From NCBI RefSeq assembly GCF_018350175.1, contig NC_058368.1:68388001-68452000 (forward strand): a stretch of DNA of 64,000 nucleotides, read 5' to 3'. The position numbers and the translations under genes were made by a program. This DNA comes from Felis catus (taxonomy: Eukaryota). Below, one piece after another: positions 38,701 through 50,095 of this stretch (positions within the stretch are counted from its first letter, which is position 1; each line of letters starts with the position of its first letter). The notes below the pieces were generated by a model, which saw only the letters and a list, made by a program, of their open reading frames with translations, made no database searches and was not told the DNA's origin.

Positions 38701-41153
38701 TTTGATGTGATTCCCTCAGAGCAGAGCAGGACGTTCAGGTGGTTCTAAAGCAGCCGTGGAAAAGTGTATTTTCTGTGGCCGTGAACTTGAGTAAGCCACG
38801 ATGGCCCAGATGATCATCATCAGTTAAAATCATCCTTGAACTAACCAAGGTGACTTGTTCCCTAATCTTCCCGAGCACACCCCATATTTGCCATCATTAC
38901 CTTGGGGGCCCAAGAATGACAATTCGAAAGGGCTGCAATTGCTTTATAGACATTCTTAAATGAATTCGCCCAAACTCTCGATGAAGTTGGTGGCAAACGG
39001 ATGACCTGCTGACAGAATGCTGTCACCGACAAATAAAGTTATCTGTCTCGGAGATTGCTGTGGTCCCAGGAGACTGGTAGAACATTCCCTTACCGTGGTA
39101 GTTAGCGATTCTTTCACTGCAACAAAATCACTGGGTGCTGGAGATCCCCTTGAGGGTGATGTGTTGGTAATCTCTGAGTCCCTGATGTCTCCTACCCACC
39201 CTACCCCACCCCCCCACGTGCTTACCAAACACAAGGGGCTCAATTAACATGGGCAGAATTAACAAACGAATGAATGGTAGATGAGGGAGGAAAATAGTAG
39301 TTTACTTATTTGTGTTTCCCAAATCTGAGGGGAGTTGAAGTCAACTGCAAGGACGGTGTCTGAACAGATGACGCCGTACCTAGGCTAGGAGATTGCATTA
39401 GGAAAGACGGAGAGAGTGGATGAAGACCTCCACACTGTGGCCATAACAGGCTTTGCTAGGGAGCTGGGGCTAGTCTTTTCTGTTCTTTGCTTTACCTTCC
39501 ATTGTGCTGTTGAACAAGAAAGGCGTACAAAAGAAACTTGCAAATTTAAGTAGTGTGGCACCCTCTAAGACTTCTCCTTAGAAACTGAATCAGGAGTCTG
39601 GAGAACAGAAGAGTATGTGTTGTTCTTTGGAGTGAGCAGAAGATTCATAAAACCTGAGCAAAGCTTGTACGCTGCACATGTGGGCGTGTGGCCTGGACAT
39701 AGACATCATTTCAACAGTGATCTTTGCAGTTTTCTCTCTGAAAGGAGAGAAGCAAATGAAAATGGAAAAGTAGAGATGAGAAAAAATTATTTAATTGATC
39801 ATGTTTAAGTGTTTTGTCTTTCACCAGTAGTTGAGTGCTCTTCAACCTGTTGTTTTGTTTTTACTGTTTTTCTAAATTTCTATTTTGAATCCTTGGCAGG
39901 ATTTAAACAAGGAAACACAACATACATGTAAATATGTCTGACTAAAGCAATACTTAAATGCGAAGGGCCATTCCTTTACGGAACCATGAGATTGGGACAA
40001 CTTTGTACTCCGTCAATGTAAATGTCCCACTAGTACATTTTTGTGTCTTGATGTCGGAGTTTTACGTACAAATTGATCTCTTACCTATTTAGCTGGCAGA
40101 ACCTGAAGACATTTGGGACTTATTTTACTCATGTAAACATCATCCTACAGCTTGGGTGGTCATTGTTAACTGCGGTGTTAAATTGAATAAAGTTAAATTT
40201 GAAACCAATACCATTTTAAGCCGAGCCAGGTTCAGTCAGCTTTGAGACCCTGTAAATTTCCAATGGAACGAGGGCCCCAGCAATTCTATGGCCAATTTTC
40301 CCGAGTCAGACAAAAGCCACTAAAATTCCAGGAGCAGGTTCCAGTTAAACCTTTACGTCGCAAACCGTTGTAATTCCTGGCCATAAAACCCTCCAGCTCC
40401 TATGATAATTAAAAAAATCTAGATTGTTTCTAACCCTGAGACACGTGAATGAGGTGGAGACTTATCAACTGATCGTCATCATGCGTTTTCCTTAAATCCT
40501 TTTTTTGTGTGTGTTTTCTGTTCTGCCCAATTAACAGGAAAATCTTAAATTTTCCATTTGTGGTCTTTGTCCCCATTTAAAGATCGGTCTGCTTTAGATT
40601 GTTCTGTCTTGAAGTGTTTGGCATCCTTAATGAGTTATGTGACTATCTATCATCATTATTGTGTTTCTATATTTATTATGCAATTGTCTTGTGAAATAAA
40701 CATCAGTCTCTGCTTATAAAATGTAAACATGAACAAGCCCTGAGATGGGACCAAAGCAGGATTAAGTAATGACATGTTATATAGCGTTCAACCATAGTGA
40801 TACCTACTCTGAACAAAACTTCGCCATCAACATTTTGTCGTGGAGCCCAGAAGCTGTATCAAGTTGTTTTCTGCTTTCCCTACTGACCTTTCATGAAATT
40901 TTCTCCCACTGATGGAATTGTCATTCTGTCACAGTGAAAGACAATGGAGTAACGTAAAATGGGGCCTGGCCACAGCAAGGGCTGGGGCTGGCCTGTCTGT
41001 GGTCAGCACATTCCTCTTTCTAATTTAAGGAGACGCTAGCATTCCTTAAGGTAGTGCAGTTTCATTAGCATGTTTCAAACTGTCTGGCTAGACATTCAAA
41101 ATAACTGAATATAGTGAATGTGTAGTTTCAAATATTATAGTTCATCTATTCCT

Positions 41154-41393
41154 ATTTACTTATTTATTTTAATGTGTATTTATGTTTGAGAGAGAGAAAG
41201 GGAGAGACAGAGCATGAGCAGGGGAGGGGCAGAGAGAAAGGGAAACACAGAATCTGAAGCAGGCTCCAGGCTCTGAGCTGTCAGCACAGAGCCCGACACG
41301 GGGCTCAAACTCATGAACTGCGAGATCATGACCTGAGCTAAAGTCAGATGCTTAACCGACTGACACTTAACCGACTGAGCGACCCTGGCGCCC
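41154..41393 (-). mobile_element. CAN-SINE with internal 13-bp duplication
   Basis: Reverse SINE; cttaaccgactga present twice (41351-41363, 41366-41378); degenerate TSD atc..[t/c]tcct. Confidence 0.95.
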
Positions 41394-41901
41394 TATCAAC
41401 TCCTTTTTAAAAGCAGCATCAAAAGTAGTGCACCCTCAAAGCCCTTATGTTTGTCATTGCTTTTCCTGGGTATTAAGTTTAAAAAAAAAAAAAATCCAGG
41501 TTAGCTTGGCCAAGGGAAGACCAGTCTTCCTTTCTGAGCTCTTCAGGACCATTTGTCTGCTCAGGGGCATTCTGACTGTCACTCCTCGTCCCAGTGGTGG
41601 GTGGGCAGCTCATTCCATTGGGAGGCAGCTCAAATCATGAGAAGGGTTTTCCTCATTTTAATCAATATTTACTTTCCTGTAATGCTTTGTGTTGTGTCTT
41701 TACCTATCTACTTTTCCAACTCTCTTCTTGCCTCTTTACAGTTTTCTTGCCTCTTTAAGCCAGAAGCACCCTGATCTTTACAGAATCATTCTGAAGCTAA
41801 CCATTTGAAAGACATATTTCTTCTAAATGTTCCATCTGATGCCAGTAGAGAAGACCTGTGCTTATAATAACCACAGTACCTGACAACTAATAGGCATTCA
41901 A

Positions 41902-42067
41902 GGGGCCTGGGTGGCTCAGTCAGTGAAGCGTCTGACTTCAGCTCAGGTCTGATTTTGCAGTTTGTGGGTTTGAGACCCACATCGGGCTCTGTGCTGACAG
42001 CTCAGAGCCTAGATCTTGCTTCAGATTCTGTGTCTCCCTCTCTCTTTGCCCCTCCCCTGCTCATGGT

Positions 42068-42107
<40 letters not shown>

Positions 42108-42134
42108 AAAATAAACTTTTTTAAAAATTAAAAA
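41902..42134 (+). mobile_element. CAN-SINE inserted in an L2/MIR-type tail
   Basis: ggggcctgggtggctcagtcag head, long (CT)n; TSD aa[t/c]ag[g/a]cattcaa; flanks join to cagtacctgac...ggcattcaataaatatt. Confidence 0.95.
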
Positions 42135-42199
42135 AACAGACATTCAATAAATATTAATTATATTTTTATTTTTAAAATAGCAATACAGTACATAGGAAA

Positions 42200-42695
42200 G
42201 CACAGAAGTGTTAAAATCAATAGGCCTGGACTCCATTGCAGTTCAAGTATTAATTCATTCTAGGATCTTAGGCTGTGTTTTCACCTTTCTCAGTCTCTAT
42301 GGTCTCAGCTTTGAAGAAAAAGAAGTTATGATAAAGAACCTTTTATGAAATTGTGCTGAGGATTATCTGTGCTAGTATCATAAAGCACCTGTCACAGCTC
42401 TTAGTACACAGTAGGTGTTCAGTCTCCACATACAACACATCGTCCTCCAACCCCACCTACCTTGTAATCCAAAACAGCAGTGTAAACAGGCAAGACTAAG
42501 GAGGCTTGGCTCCCGGCTTTGCCCTTTTTGGTCCCACAACCTTGGATGAATCACTTTGCCTCCTTGCACGTTTCCCTGTCAAATAGTCCCACATCTGCTA
42601 CAAAGGTTTGTTGTGAGGATCAAATAAAACATTGGTTGGAGAATAACTTTGAAAACTCTTGGTGTGTTTTTTTAACATAAGGTATTGTTATTTCT
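42200..42695 (+). mobile_element. Two tandem MIR remnants
   Basis: cacctttctcagtctc...gtgctgaggatta...cacagtaggtgttca and aaccttggatgaatcactt...ggtttgttgtgaggatcaaat. Confidence 0.65.
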
Positions 42696-42977
42696 GGTAG
42701 TAATTTATCAGTGAAGAAATTGCTTAATGAATGAATGACCTATTCCTCCACCACTTCTCTCCCCACACTGGAGCAGGGAGGAAATACCCAACAAATGAAT
42801 GGTATTGAAAACCGGTCCATGCATGTTTATGGAAATATCACATTTGGGAACATTTGCCTGATAGGTGCAAATCCAAGCAACGACGCTCGCATGAACATTT
42901 GGCAGAAGAGGCAATTGACTCAGTGCTGATATAAACACAACGGAGGTTCAGAATCCCAGAGCTGTGGTTGTCAACGA

Positions 42978-43010
42978 CTGACTGACCCTCTTCCTTCTAA
43001 TTTCTTCCAG
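42978..43010 (+). promoter_or_regulatory. HS6ST3: 3' splice site of HS6ST3 terminal exon: branch point, polypyrimidine tract, AG
   Basis: Overlapping CTGAC branch motifs at 42978-42982 and 42982-42986, pyrimidine tract to 43008 with no intervening AG, then CAG|G; a phase-2 junction restores the conserved reading frame. Confidence 0.92.
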
Positions 43011-43719
43011 GAATTTCTATTACATCACCATGTTACGGGATCCAGTGTCGCGTTACCTGAGCGAGTGGAAACACGTCCAGAGAGGGGCCACGTGGAAAAC
43101 CTCCCTCCACATGTGTGATGGGAGAAGCCCCACCCCTGATGAGCTGCCTACCTGCTACCCCGGGGACGACTGGTCTGGGGTCAGCTTGCGGGAGTTCATG
43201 GACTGCACCTACAACCTGGCCAACAACCGCCAGGTGCGCATGCTGGCAGACCTGAGCCTGGTGGGCTGCTACAACTTGACTTTCATGAATGAGAGCGAGA
43301 GAAACACCATCCTGTTGCAGAGCGCGAAAAACAACCTGAAGAACATGGCCTTCTTTGGGCTCACGGAATTCCAGAGGAAGACTCAGTTTCTCTTTGAGAG
43401 GACATTCAACCTCAAGTTTATCTCCCCCTTCACGCAGTTCAACATCACGCGGGCTTCCAACGTGGACATCAACGAGGGCGCCCGCCAGCGCATCGAGGAG
43501 CTCAACTTCCTGGACATGCAGCTTTACGAGTACGCGAAGGATCTCTTCCAGCAGCGCTACCACCACACCAAGCAGCTAGAGCACCAGAGGGACCGGCAAA
43601 AGAGGCGGGAGGGGCGCAGGCTGCAGCGGGAGCACAGGGGCCACCGGTGGCCCAAGGAGGACGGGAACACAGACGGGGCGGTCACCGAGGACTACAACAG
43701 CCAGGTGGTGAGATGGTGA
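43011..43719 (+). CDS. HS6ST3: Heparan-sulfate 6-O-sulfotransferase 3, terminal coding exon (C-terminal part of the sulfotransferase domain); upstream exon lies outside the window
   Basis: Acceptor ccctcttccttctaatttcttccag ends at 43010. The exon opens G|AAT TTC TAT TAC ATC ACC ATG = (R)NFYYITMLRDPVSRYLSEWKHVQRGATW, the 3'-phosphate PAPS-binding motif of HS6ST enzymes. The C-terminus EDYNSQVVRW* is the HS6ST3-type ending (HS6ST1 and HS6ST2 end differently). Strong GC3 codon bias; the 229-aa ORF in the track is this exon read from an internal Met. Confidence 0.97.
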
Positions 43720-45494
43720 CGCCCTGCGCTCTCCTTCCTCAGGACGGGGGGGGGGGGGATGAGCAAGCGCACCGACCTTCTGTGGCGTTGGTTACCTTGG
43801 AGAAGGATGGGCCTTTTGGAGGACATCTGGCTGTAGGTGGCTTGATTTGGACACCTGCTTCCTCTTTGTCTTCATCCTTGCCCAGCTGGAGAGGATCTGT
43901 CTTCTTCTTCTTTTTTTCCCCTGACGTTTTTCAATCCATGATATTAAGTAGGGTAGGGATGCATCTGACTTAGACGTCCTTAGAAGCTCAAGGAGAGAAG
44001 CACCAGAAAGAAACAGTTCTTGAAAACATCCTTTGCAGCAGCATGGGAACCCACAGAGGCACACATGAAAAGCCAAATTATGGCTTGGATGTTCTGCTGA
44101 AACTGGTCTGTTTCACACGGCCTCTGTAATGGAAATACTGGTCTGTCTAGAGAGAAAGAGAAAGAAAGAACTCCCCTTCCACCCTTAAATGAGGTTTTAC
44201 GCCAACCCTCGCTCTACTGTTCGCTCTCATCTTGAACCCGGTGCGAATGCGGTTCAAATCATAAGTAGCGGTGTTTTGTTGTTGCAGCTGTTTTTAAACA
44301 AGGTCACCCTCCTATTGACGATCACTAGAGACTCACACCCCGCAAAGCCCCTGCATCTCAGCTCGGAGCCGTGCTGCATCTCCCGTCTTTTAGGGAATGG
44401 CTGGTAGAATCAGGACAGGCATGTCTCAGGACAGGCCCTGAGAAATGAACACTGGTAGTGGCATTTAAGAGAAAATGTGCTTATTAACAAGTGTCTAAGA
44501 TCACCCTTTACCGATTTTATTTTCGTTCAAAAAGAATTGACTAATAAATTAAGAGCTGGGGGAAGCAGGAAGAAAACTCTATGTCTGACATTTCCAAACA
44601 GGCTACAGAACTTGTAGTGTTTCCAGGAGTATTTCCGTTTTACCTCTTTGGAGCCGTCATCTTCTTTGATATGGTACTTCCAAGTTTGAAATTCTGCTAT
44701 AGCACAGAGGCGAAGACGTTTAAAAAGAATGTGGCCCAAAGACTAGGAGCTTAGCTAGCCAGTATGCAAAAGATCTTCAGGGTCACTAAAAAAATGATAA
44801 CTGATTTATGCTAGGAGACACGGAACTCAGTGGGCCAGTTGTCCCGGGAGTTTAGACAGACTACCTCCCAACATCTTGACTATCTCCAGCCTGGTAACCT
44901 TCTTCTACCCACATGATCTTCTCCTCTTGTTAGACTATGCCCATAGCTGGCAGCTCGGGCTGGAGTGTGTGAGACAGGATCTGAAAATGTGCTGCATTGC
45001 CAATTGCTTCTCGTTTTCAATTTTTCCCAATCACAACTACAGGAACACCAAGTTTGTCGAATAATAAGGGGAAAAGCAGGGAAAAGGGGATAGAAAGCCC
45101 CTGCCTGGCATTCAGGAGCAGGATCAGAGCGGGTCAAGAGTTTCACAACACTGATCTGATCAGTCCTTTCAAGAGCTCAAGGCAAAATGAGTGAAACCCC
45201 TAAATCAGATTGAAAAGCCTATTTCATTGATATCTAACATGTTTGATGTTTAAGCCAGCTTTACGTAAGCCACATCTCAGCCTCCAGAATAGTCTCTCTG
45301 GGGTTGAGAGTCAATCAACCCACAAGCATTCATGGAGTGCCTGCCTGCACAGAGGGGAGCCCAGTGTCTCCATCAAAGAGAGATTTGGAGAAGCGGCTTT
45401 GTACTTCTCTCACTACCCTTGGCTTCATCTGCCCCGTGAGGGGAGTATTATTGGGGGCCTCCCTTGTGTCCATCACTGTGGGGGGGCCCTTTTC

Positions 45495-45640
45495 ATACTT
45501 TAAATCTATTCACAACAAAGTAGATAGTATTAGGCCCCATTACGTAGATGGGAAAAGTGAATCCCACAGACAATAACCGGCTTCCTCATAGGTTGTATGC
45601 TAGATCTGGTGGACTGCAAAGTGCAAGCTCCTTTTACTCG
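45495..45640 (-). mobile_element. MIR remnant within the 3' UTR
   Basis: aatctattcacaac...gtagatagtattaggccccattacgtagatgggaaaagtga. Confidence 0.65.
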
Positions 45641-47224
45641 TGTGTTCCATGAGGGATAAAAGCTTCCTGCCAATCACGCAAGAAGCCAGCTATTAAAGCC
45701 CAGAAGGATTTGTCTCTAACCCACGTGCGTGGCACAACTGTGCCAGCCCTGAGCCAGCCGTGACCCAGAGCCACGCCGCCTGGGGTGAGCCCGGACGTCT
45801 CCACGTCCCTGGCCCACCAGCAAGCTGAGAGACTGATGACTTTTTAGGCAGTCACACTTTTTGAGACATATATAAGTTAAAGGGACCAAATAAACATTGC
45901 TTGTTAGTCGGTAGAAATTAGACTCACAAAATCTTACCCATGATATGTTCCTGAGGTAGAGAGGGAAGAAGATGGCAGCTACAGTTAATGAGCAGCTCTC
46001 TCTCCATCGTCACATTTCGATGTTAGGATCTAATGTTCTGCCTAGCTGCAAATTATCTGCTTGCCGCTGTGACACGCACGCGCGCGCACGCTCGCACACA
46101 CACACTCACACAATAACAATCCAGTGTTTTGTCATGTGGAAAATCAAAACAAGTTAGAAAGCATTCGGATTGTTTCTTTTAAACTCACTTTAAATGTTTG
46201 GCAGGGAATTCATGCATAGCTGAGACTTGGAGGCAGCCTCTGCTGACTTCACACTGTTCCTTAGGCATCTCGGGATTTATATCAAAAGGCTCTTTGCCGC
46301 TGAAGGCGTGATGTATGGAGCTCCACTTGAGACCAGATATCAGGATGTTCAGAGGAGAAACCATCTCTTTGTGTTGGCCCGAGGCCAGTGCTGAGCAAAT
46401 TAAAAAGACCGACACAGGCTTCCTCCCTCATATCATTTCATTCGAAAGCAGCACGCTTGTCATATCCCTGGGGTCCTATGTTGATAGAAATGAAGAGGTA
46501 GGGACACAGTTTGTTCTCCAAAAATTGACTGCACACCTACATGCTGAGTGAAGCTCAGAGAGGGGATGCCAACAGAAGACATCTGGATCTTGGGAGCCAT
46601 GGGGAGTCAACAGCTTTAAGATCCAAAACCAAATCAGTACCAGGTACATTGCTGTTAAAAGCCCAAGAGGAGGGGGAGAAAATTCCCCAGGGGCTTCCAC
46701 ATCCTACTGACTCCTACAACACCCAGGTAGACATTCCTTCCCTTCTCTTGGCAAGGAGAGCCCCAGATTGGGACGGGGTGTCCTCGTGTGTGTGTTCATG
46801 TGTGTGTGTGTTTAAATTATCATCAGGGACTAAGGTATACTATCTCTTCTGTCTCTTTTTAATTTTTTGGCAGCCTACTCTTGCTAACCAGAGAAAGCCT
46901 GCCCTGAGAATTATTTGGATATTCCTTCTAATAACTAATAACACTAGCAATCAGTGTTGGGCAACAGCTAAGGATATCGTGTGTGCTATTAAAGAATTAT
47001 AAGACAGTGTTTCTTATCATCTAGAGGAGGTAACTTGGCCATCGTCTAATCAAGAGTTTGAAATATGAGGACTTGTTCAAGCCTGAGTAGAGATAGTATT
47101 TATACAGGGAAGAAAATCTACCAGAGATAGACCTGGCAAGGAGATGAGCACGGATCATTAAAACAAAAACAAAAACAAACATTAAATCCATAGGATAGGA
47201 TTCCCACTTGGCCACTTTAACAGA

Positions 47225-47630
47225 CAAATTCAAAATAATAATGACTTCAAGGAGATCAAAGCCATTGTCCTCTCATTTAAAAGACAAACTGGTCTGATAG
47301 CTCTGGTGAGTTACAGAAGCCCAGGCCCCCTCTTTGTTGCTCTTTCATAGGAACACGTGCCTTCCACCTCATGATGCAAGGTGCCTGCTGCCGCTCCTGC
47401 CATCTTGTTTGTATTTCAGACAACAGAGAGGGCACGGAAGGAAGTTGCAAATATCGCTTCCACTCACATCTCATGGGCTAGAACCTAGCCATTAGCTACA
47501 AGTAAACAAAGGATACCAGGAAATGTCTTCCTTATTGGTTGCCATGCACCTTGACCAACAGGGGGGAATCTATTATTAAAGAGGCAATGTGAAACTTAAT
47601 ACTGATAAAACTATCAGTCTCTGCCACCAA
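47225..47630 (-). mobile_element. MLT1J-like LTR remnant within the 3' UTR
   Basis: gctcctgccatcttg...cttccactcacatctcatgggctagaacctag...ggaaatgt...tcagtctctgccac. Confidence 0.65.
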
Positions 47631-47699
47631 AGGGAATTGAAAAATATTTCGAGTGCTCTTCAGAGTTCTCTATTCTGTCATATGTTTTGCAAAGGATAA

Positions 47700-47940
47700 G
47701 ATTAAAATTCATAACTTTGTATAGCATTTAATGCTTTCCAAACATTTGTACACTCAGTATCCCATTTTATCTCCACTACTTTCTTGTGTGTTAGCTACAG
47801 AGGACCTCTATTCATTATCCCATCTGATAGTTTCACATGGGGATTCAGAGATGTTAAAAGATTTCTCAATTCTAGTTTATTAACAAGAAAGTTGCTTAGA
47901 ACCCCCATCTTGACTTCATAGCCTTTGCTACTACTTTATG
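47700..47940 (-). mobile_element. MIR/MIR3 remnant within the 3' UTR
   Basis: tgtatagcatttaatgctttccaaac...cattatcccatctgatag...ggattcagagatgttaa. Confidence 0.6.
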
Positions 47941-50041
47941 CTGTTCAGCATCAGTATCAGGATTGGGAATTGCAAGAATATGAAATCTAAGTCTTTATTG
48001 ATTTATATCTTTCCTTACCTTCTTATAGAACTACTGAGTTACAAGATACCAAGGAAACTGGTAGAGTTGGCTCACAACCCCTGCCTCCAATGAGGAATCA
48101 TCTTATTAGCAGTGAAATGTCCAAGAGATGGGCAGTGTTTCAGGGGAGATTGAGAAGCACAGACGTTCAAACACCTCATGCTGGCTGTTCACCCCAGCCA
48201 ATCCAAAGTCCGATTCAAGATGAAGGCTGAGGGAATATGCTCACAACTCCTTAGGGAAGCTCAGTGTTAGAAATATCTAGAATCAGTAACAGCCTGAATA
48301 GTTAGGTGTGAGGAATGATCAATAGAACCCTGCTCAAAAAATCTCCCCTCCTCTCTACTTCTTCCCCAGGTCTCTGGAATTTTATCAGCAACTTATTGCT
48401 TTGGTTCTTAAAGGTTATATTTGGTGTTAAATGAGTCCCCTTGTACATTTGCCAGAGAGAGGAAATGCTTTAAGCTGTCATAGGCTAACATCTTCACACA
48501 GAGTTGATCATCTTCCTCTCTAAACTTGACCTCTAGCTGAGAAAAAAGTCCTGTATAATGGGATCATGCAGGGGTGGGGGTTTGGAAGAGTAGGAGTTAC
48601 TATAGAGGAGGAGAGGGCTCCTTAAAGGGAAGCAGTCTTTCAAAGGTGAAAAGAATGGGAATTACATATGTGCCAGGAAATATTGAAAAATAGAAAAACG
48701 ACATACGGTTTCTGTCCTCAAGAACAAGAGCAGGCTGAAGACATGTGGACTGTATTTCTTTGGGCCACTTAAAAGAGATGACAAGGGCATGAGGCTCATG
48801 AAACAGGACCAGAGCATCGACAGGACTGAAGGCTGAATGAGTTGGAAGGGTTGGATCAAAGGGAAACCTGGGTTGGACTTAGACAAAGGATACCCCGATC
48901 TGCTCACAGCTGCATCTCCAAGGCTTTCCTTTCCCACAGTTATTGTGCCTCCACTGGTCATCAGAACTCCAACTGAAAGTCTCCCGGCTGGGTATCAGGG
49001 CAGCCTGAGTCTGATGATTCCACCCAGTCACATCGCCTCTGGGGAGCATGCAGAGAGAGGTTCCTTCTCCAAGGCACCTTCCTTATCCCCCTCCTCCGTT
49101 CTCCATGGGACAGAATCCTGCTGTCCTCCTACCACATTCACCTGGATGCATCTGAATTAACCCCCTAAAACTTTGAATTAGCCCTTCTGGGCAAGTGGGT
49201 GAGTTCTGAGACCTGTGTGTTTTGTAGCCTCGTGGATGGAACGCACATGGACCCATCCACGCCACACGTTGGCAAAACCAATCCACCTTGCAGAAGTGCT
49301 GAGATTTCCAGAAGGACTGGCCTTGCTATGAACACCAGCTACATCTGCAAGACCAAAGCCCCTGAACTTCCAGGCAAGGACTCGAGGTGACCTAACAAAA
49401 CTCCAGATCTGAGAACGCCGAAGCACAGATGTTTCCGAAGCCTGTGTTCTGTTTCCTTTTCTACGGAAAAGGCTGCAACTGTCATCCTTTGACGCATTAA
49501 ATGGAGCCTCTGCGCGATACGTGCTCTGCTGCACTGTGGGAACTCCTCAAAGGGCCAGATGTCAGTGCTGAAAGACCTCAGTTCTTGCCGGGGAAGACGG
49601 CGTTCTAAGGAAGCAGAGTTTGCGTGGTTTAGTTATTGTCACAGTTGCCCTCCACCAACCCATCATTTCTTTTGTTTGTAATCACATGGCCATCTTTTCT
49701 TTCCTTTTTCTCTTGTTTCTTTTTGTTCCCCAGAGGTACTTTCTGGGTTTTGTTTGCATTATTTTTCATTTAATGTATCAAAGATGAAAAATGTTGGAAA
49801 GAAAAATCTAGACTTTTATCTGGTGCCCCATTTTAGATGTAAAGATAGTGATCCAATAGATAGTAAATTCTTTCACCTAAGAGATATTTCCTTTTGTTTC
49901 TGTGCAATAATATGTATGAACTCGGGTACTAGGAGATTGTATTGTGACATTATCAACCCTTATTGCTATTTAAAACATGATAGTTTGTAGAACTGAGGAT
50001 CTCCATTGATGTGAAGCACAATTTAATGAATAAGTTACCAT

Positions 50042-50095
50042 ATTAAACTGTTGTGATGTCAAGAACAATTGTTTTCCCCTGTGATTTTGTTAGAC
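50042..50095 (+). terminator. HS6ST3: Candidate distal polyadenylation signal (ATTAAA) with downstream U/GU-rich element
   Basis: ATTAAA at 50042-50047, CA dinucleotides at 50060-61 and 50066-67, then ttgttttcccctgtgattttgt; multiple upstream TGTA (CFIm) motifs in 49770-49990. Confidence 0.65.

Larger units (their letters stand above)
1..43010 (+). other. HS6ST3: Distal (3') end of the very long intron preceding the HS6ST3 terminal exon
   Basis: No upstream HS6ST-like coding sequence in 43 kb. HS6ST3 is known as a two-coding-exon gene with an intron of several hundred kb in mammals. Repeat-rich, no credible ORFs. Confidence 0.88.
43720..50067 (+). other. HS6ST3: Probable long 3' UTR of HS6ST3 (~6.3 kb)
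   Basis: Follows the stop codon, contains no CAN-SINE, and ends in an AU-rich block with several TGTA motifs, ATTAAA and a downstream GU/U-rich tract. Length is compatible with the long HS6ST3 mRNA known in human. The 3' end is inferred. Confidence 0.68.

Noticed and set aside
43030..43032. ATG called as start of the 229-aa ORF
   Set aside because: Internal Met; conserved residues NFYYIT precede it and a consensus acceptor lies at 43010.
43033..43566. 177-aa ORF antisense to the HS6ST3 exon, and the shifted-frame ORFs at 43355 and 43647
   Set aside because: Expected shadow ORFs of a GC3-rich coding exon; no recognisable protein features.
46541..47002. 153-aa ORF in the 3' UTR
   Set aside because: Runs through a (TG)n tract with no protein-like character.
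44861..49538. Isolated 7-mer seed matches (let-7 at 44861, miR-124 at 47357, miR-9 at 49352, miR-128 at 49532)
   Set aside because: Single 7-mers occur at near-chance frequency in a 6-kb UTR; one lies in an LTR remnant; conservation cannot be assessed here.
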